Of a DNA stretch of 15,042 nt, positions 14,806 through 15,042 are shown in pieces (the first letter of the stretch is position 1; the number at the start of each line of letters is the position of its first letter). Below the pieces are notes generated by a model that saw only the letters and a list, made by a program, of their open reading frames with translations, searched no databases and was not told where the DNA came from. The position numbers and the translations under genes were made by a program. Origin of the DNA: an uncultured Candidatus Saccharibacteria bacterium (GTDB taxonomy: Bacteria > Patescibacteriota > Saccharimonadia > Saccharimonadales > Saccharimonadaceae); NCBI GenBank assembly GCA_963521995.1, contig CAUQXD010000015.1:1-15042 (forward strand), read 5' to 3'.

Positions 14806-15042
14806 ATGGCTTTACTGACGGATGATATCCAAGATAAGTTGATTAAACTGCTTATAAATGAAGGACTTATCGAAAAGTCGGTTATTGATGATGCCTTAAA
14901 GCGTGCTACTGAAAATAATAAGCCGCTATTTAGCTTGTTGAGTGACGAAGGCTTGCTTGATAACGAGTTGCTGGTTCATGGCGTAGCGCAGGTTTCGGGT
15001 GTGCCATACGTTAATTTATCGAATAGTGTTATCACTCAGGAT
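14806..15042 (+). CDS. pilB: Type IV pilus assembly ATPase PilB/GspE family, N-terminal part (3' end outside the window)
   Basis: The frame is open from ATG 14806 (SD GAAAGGA upstream) to the window edge. MALLTDDIQDKLIKLLINEGLIEKSVIDDALKRATENNKPLFSLLSDEGLLDNELLVHGVAQVSGVPYVNL matches the T2SSE_N/MshEN-type N-terminal domain pattern. The ATPase core is not visible. Confidence 0.7.
   Translation, partial: MALLTDDIQDKLIKLLINEGLIEKSVIDDALKRATENNKPLFSLLSDEGLLDNELLVHGVAQVSGVPYVNLSNSVITQD

Noticed and set aside
1-15042. Recoded genetic code (UGA sense), CRISPR arrays, IS elements, integrases, tRNA/rRNA genes, long direct or inverted repeats
   Set aside because: TGA terminates pilM and pilO at sensible lengths. 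Intergenic gaps are at most 197 bp and are accounted for by promoters, terminators and leaders. No repeat-spacer periodicity or transposase-like ORF was seen by eye, but a computational repeat scan was not possible.

Overview
The window is a compact, gene-dense chromosomal segment, with about 92% coding and intergenic gaps of 12-197 bp. TGA is used as a stop (pilM ends ...TCATGA), so the standard bacterial code applies. I saw no rRNA, tRNA, CRISPR array, transposase, integrase or long repeat. Left to right it contains: the 3' end of a membrane protein gene; RNase J (rnj) with long basic tails; ftsK; an orphan acidic 210-aa ORF; the rpsF-ssb-rpsR operon; efp; tlyA; ychF on the minus strand; a 982-aa orphan secreted protein with paired cysteines; and a type IV pilus (T4P) assembly operon, pilM-pilN-pilO-orf76-pilB, which runs off the 3' edge. 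The pilus operon has no secretin or PilP gene. Together with RNase J and the tight packing, this suggests a monoderm-type, small-genome bacterium. Patescibacteria/Saccharibacteria (TM7) is my guess, but that is inference and not shown by the sequence. The part least explained by known families is the 982-aa surface protein placed directly in front of pilMNO, plus the extra 76-aa membrane gene translationally coupled inside the pilus operon. Together they may be an undescribed pilus-associated attachment module, but I cannot show homology or function from sequence alone. A second, sequence-visible theme is promoter architecture. Near-consensus sigma70-type promoters can be read upstream of almost every operon. 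In four or five cases the -10 box lies 5-11 nt from an ATG that has no Shine-Dalgarno, implying leaderless or 4-nt-leader mRNAs. This includes a mirror-image pair of TGATATAAT boxes in the 44-bp ychF/orf982 gap. I found no recognisable defence, toxin or mobile system, and most of the window is ordinary housekeeping.
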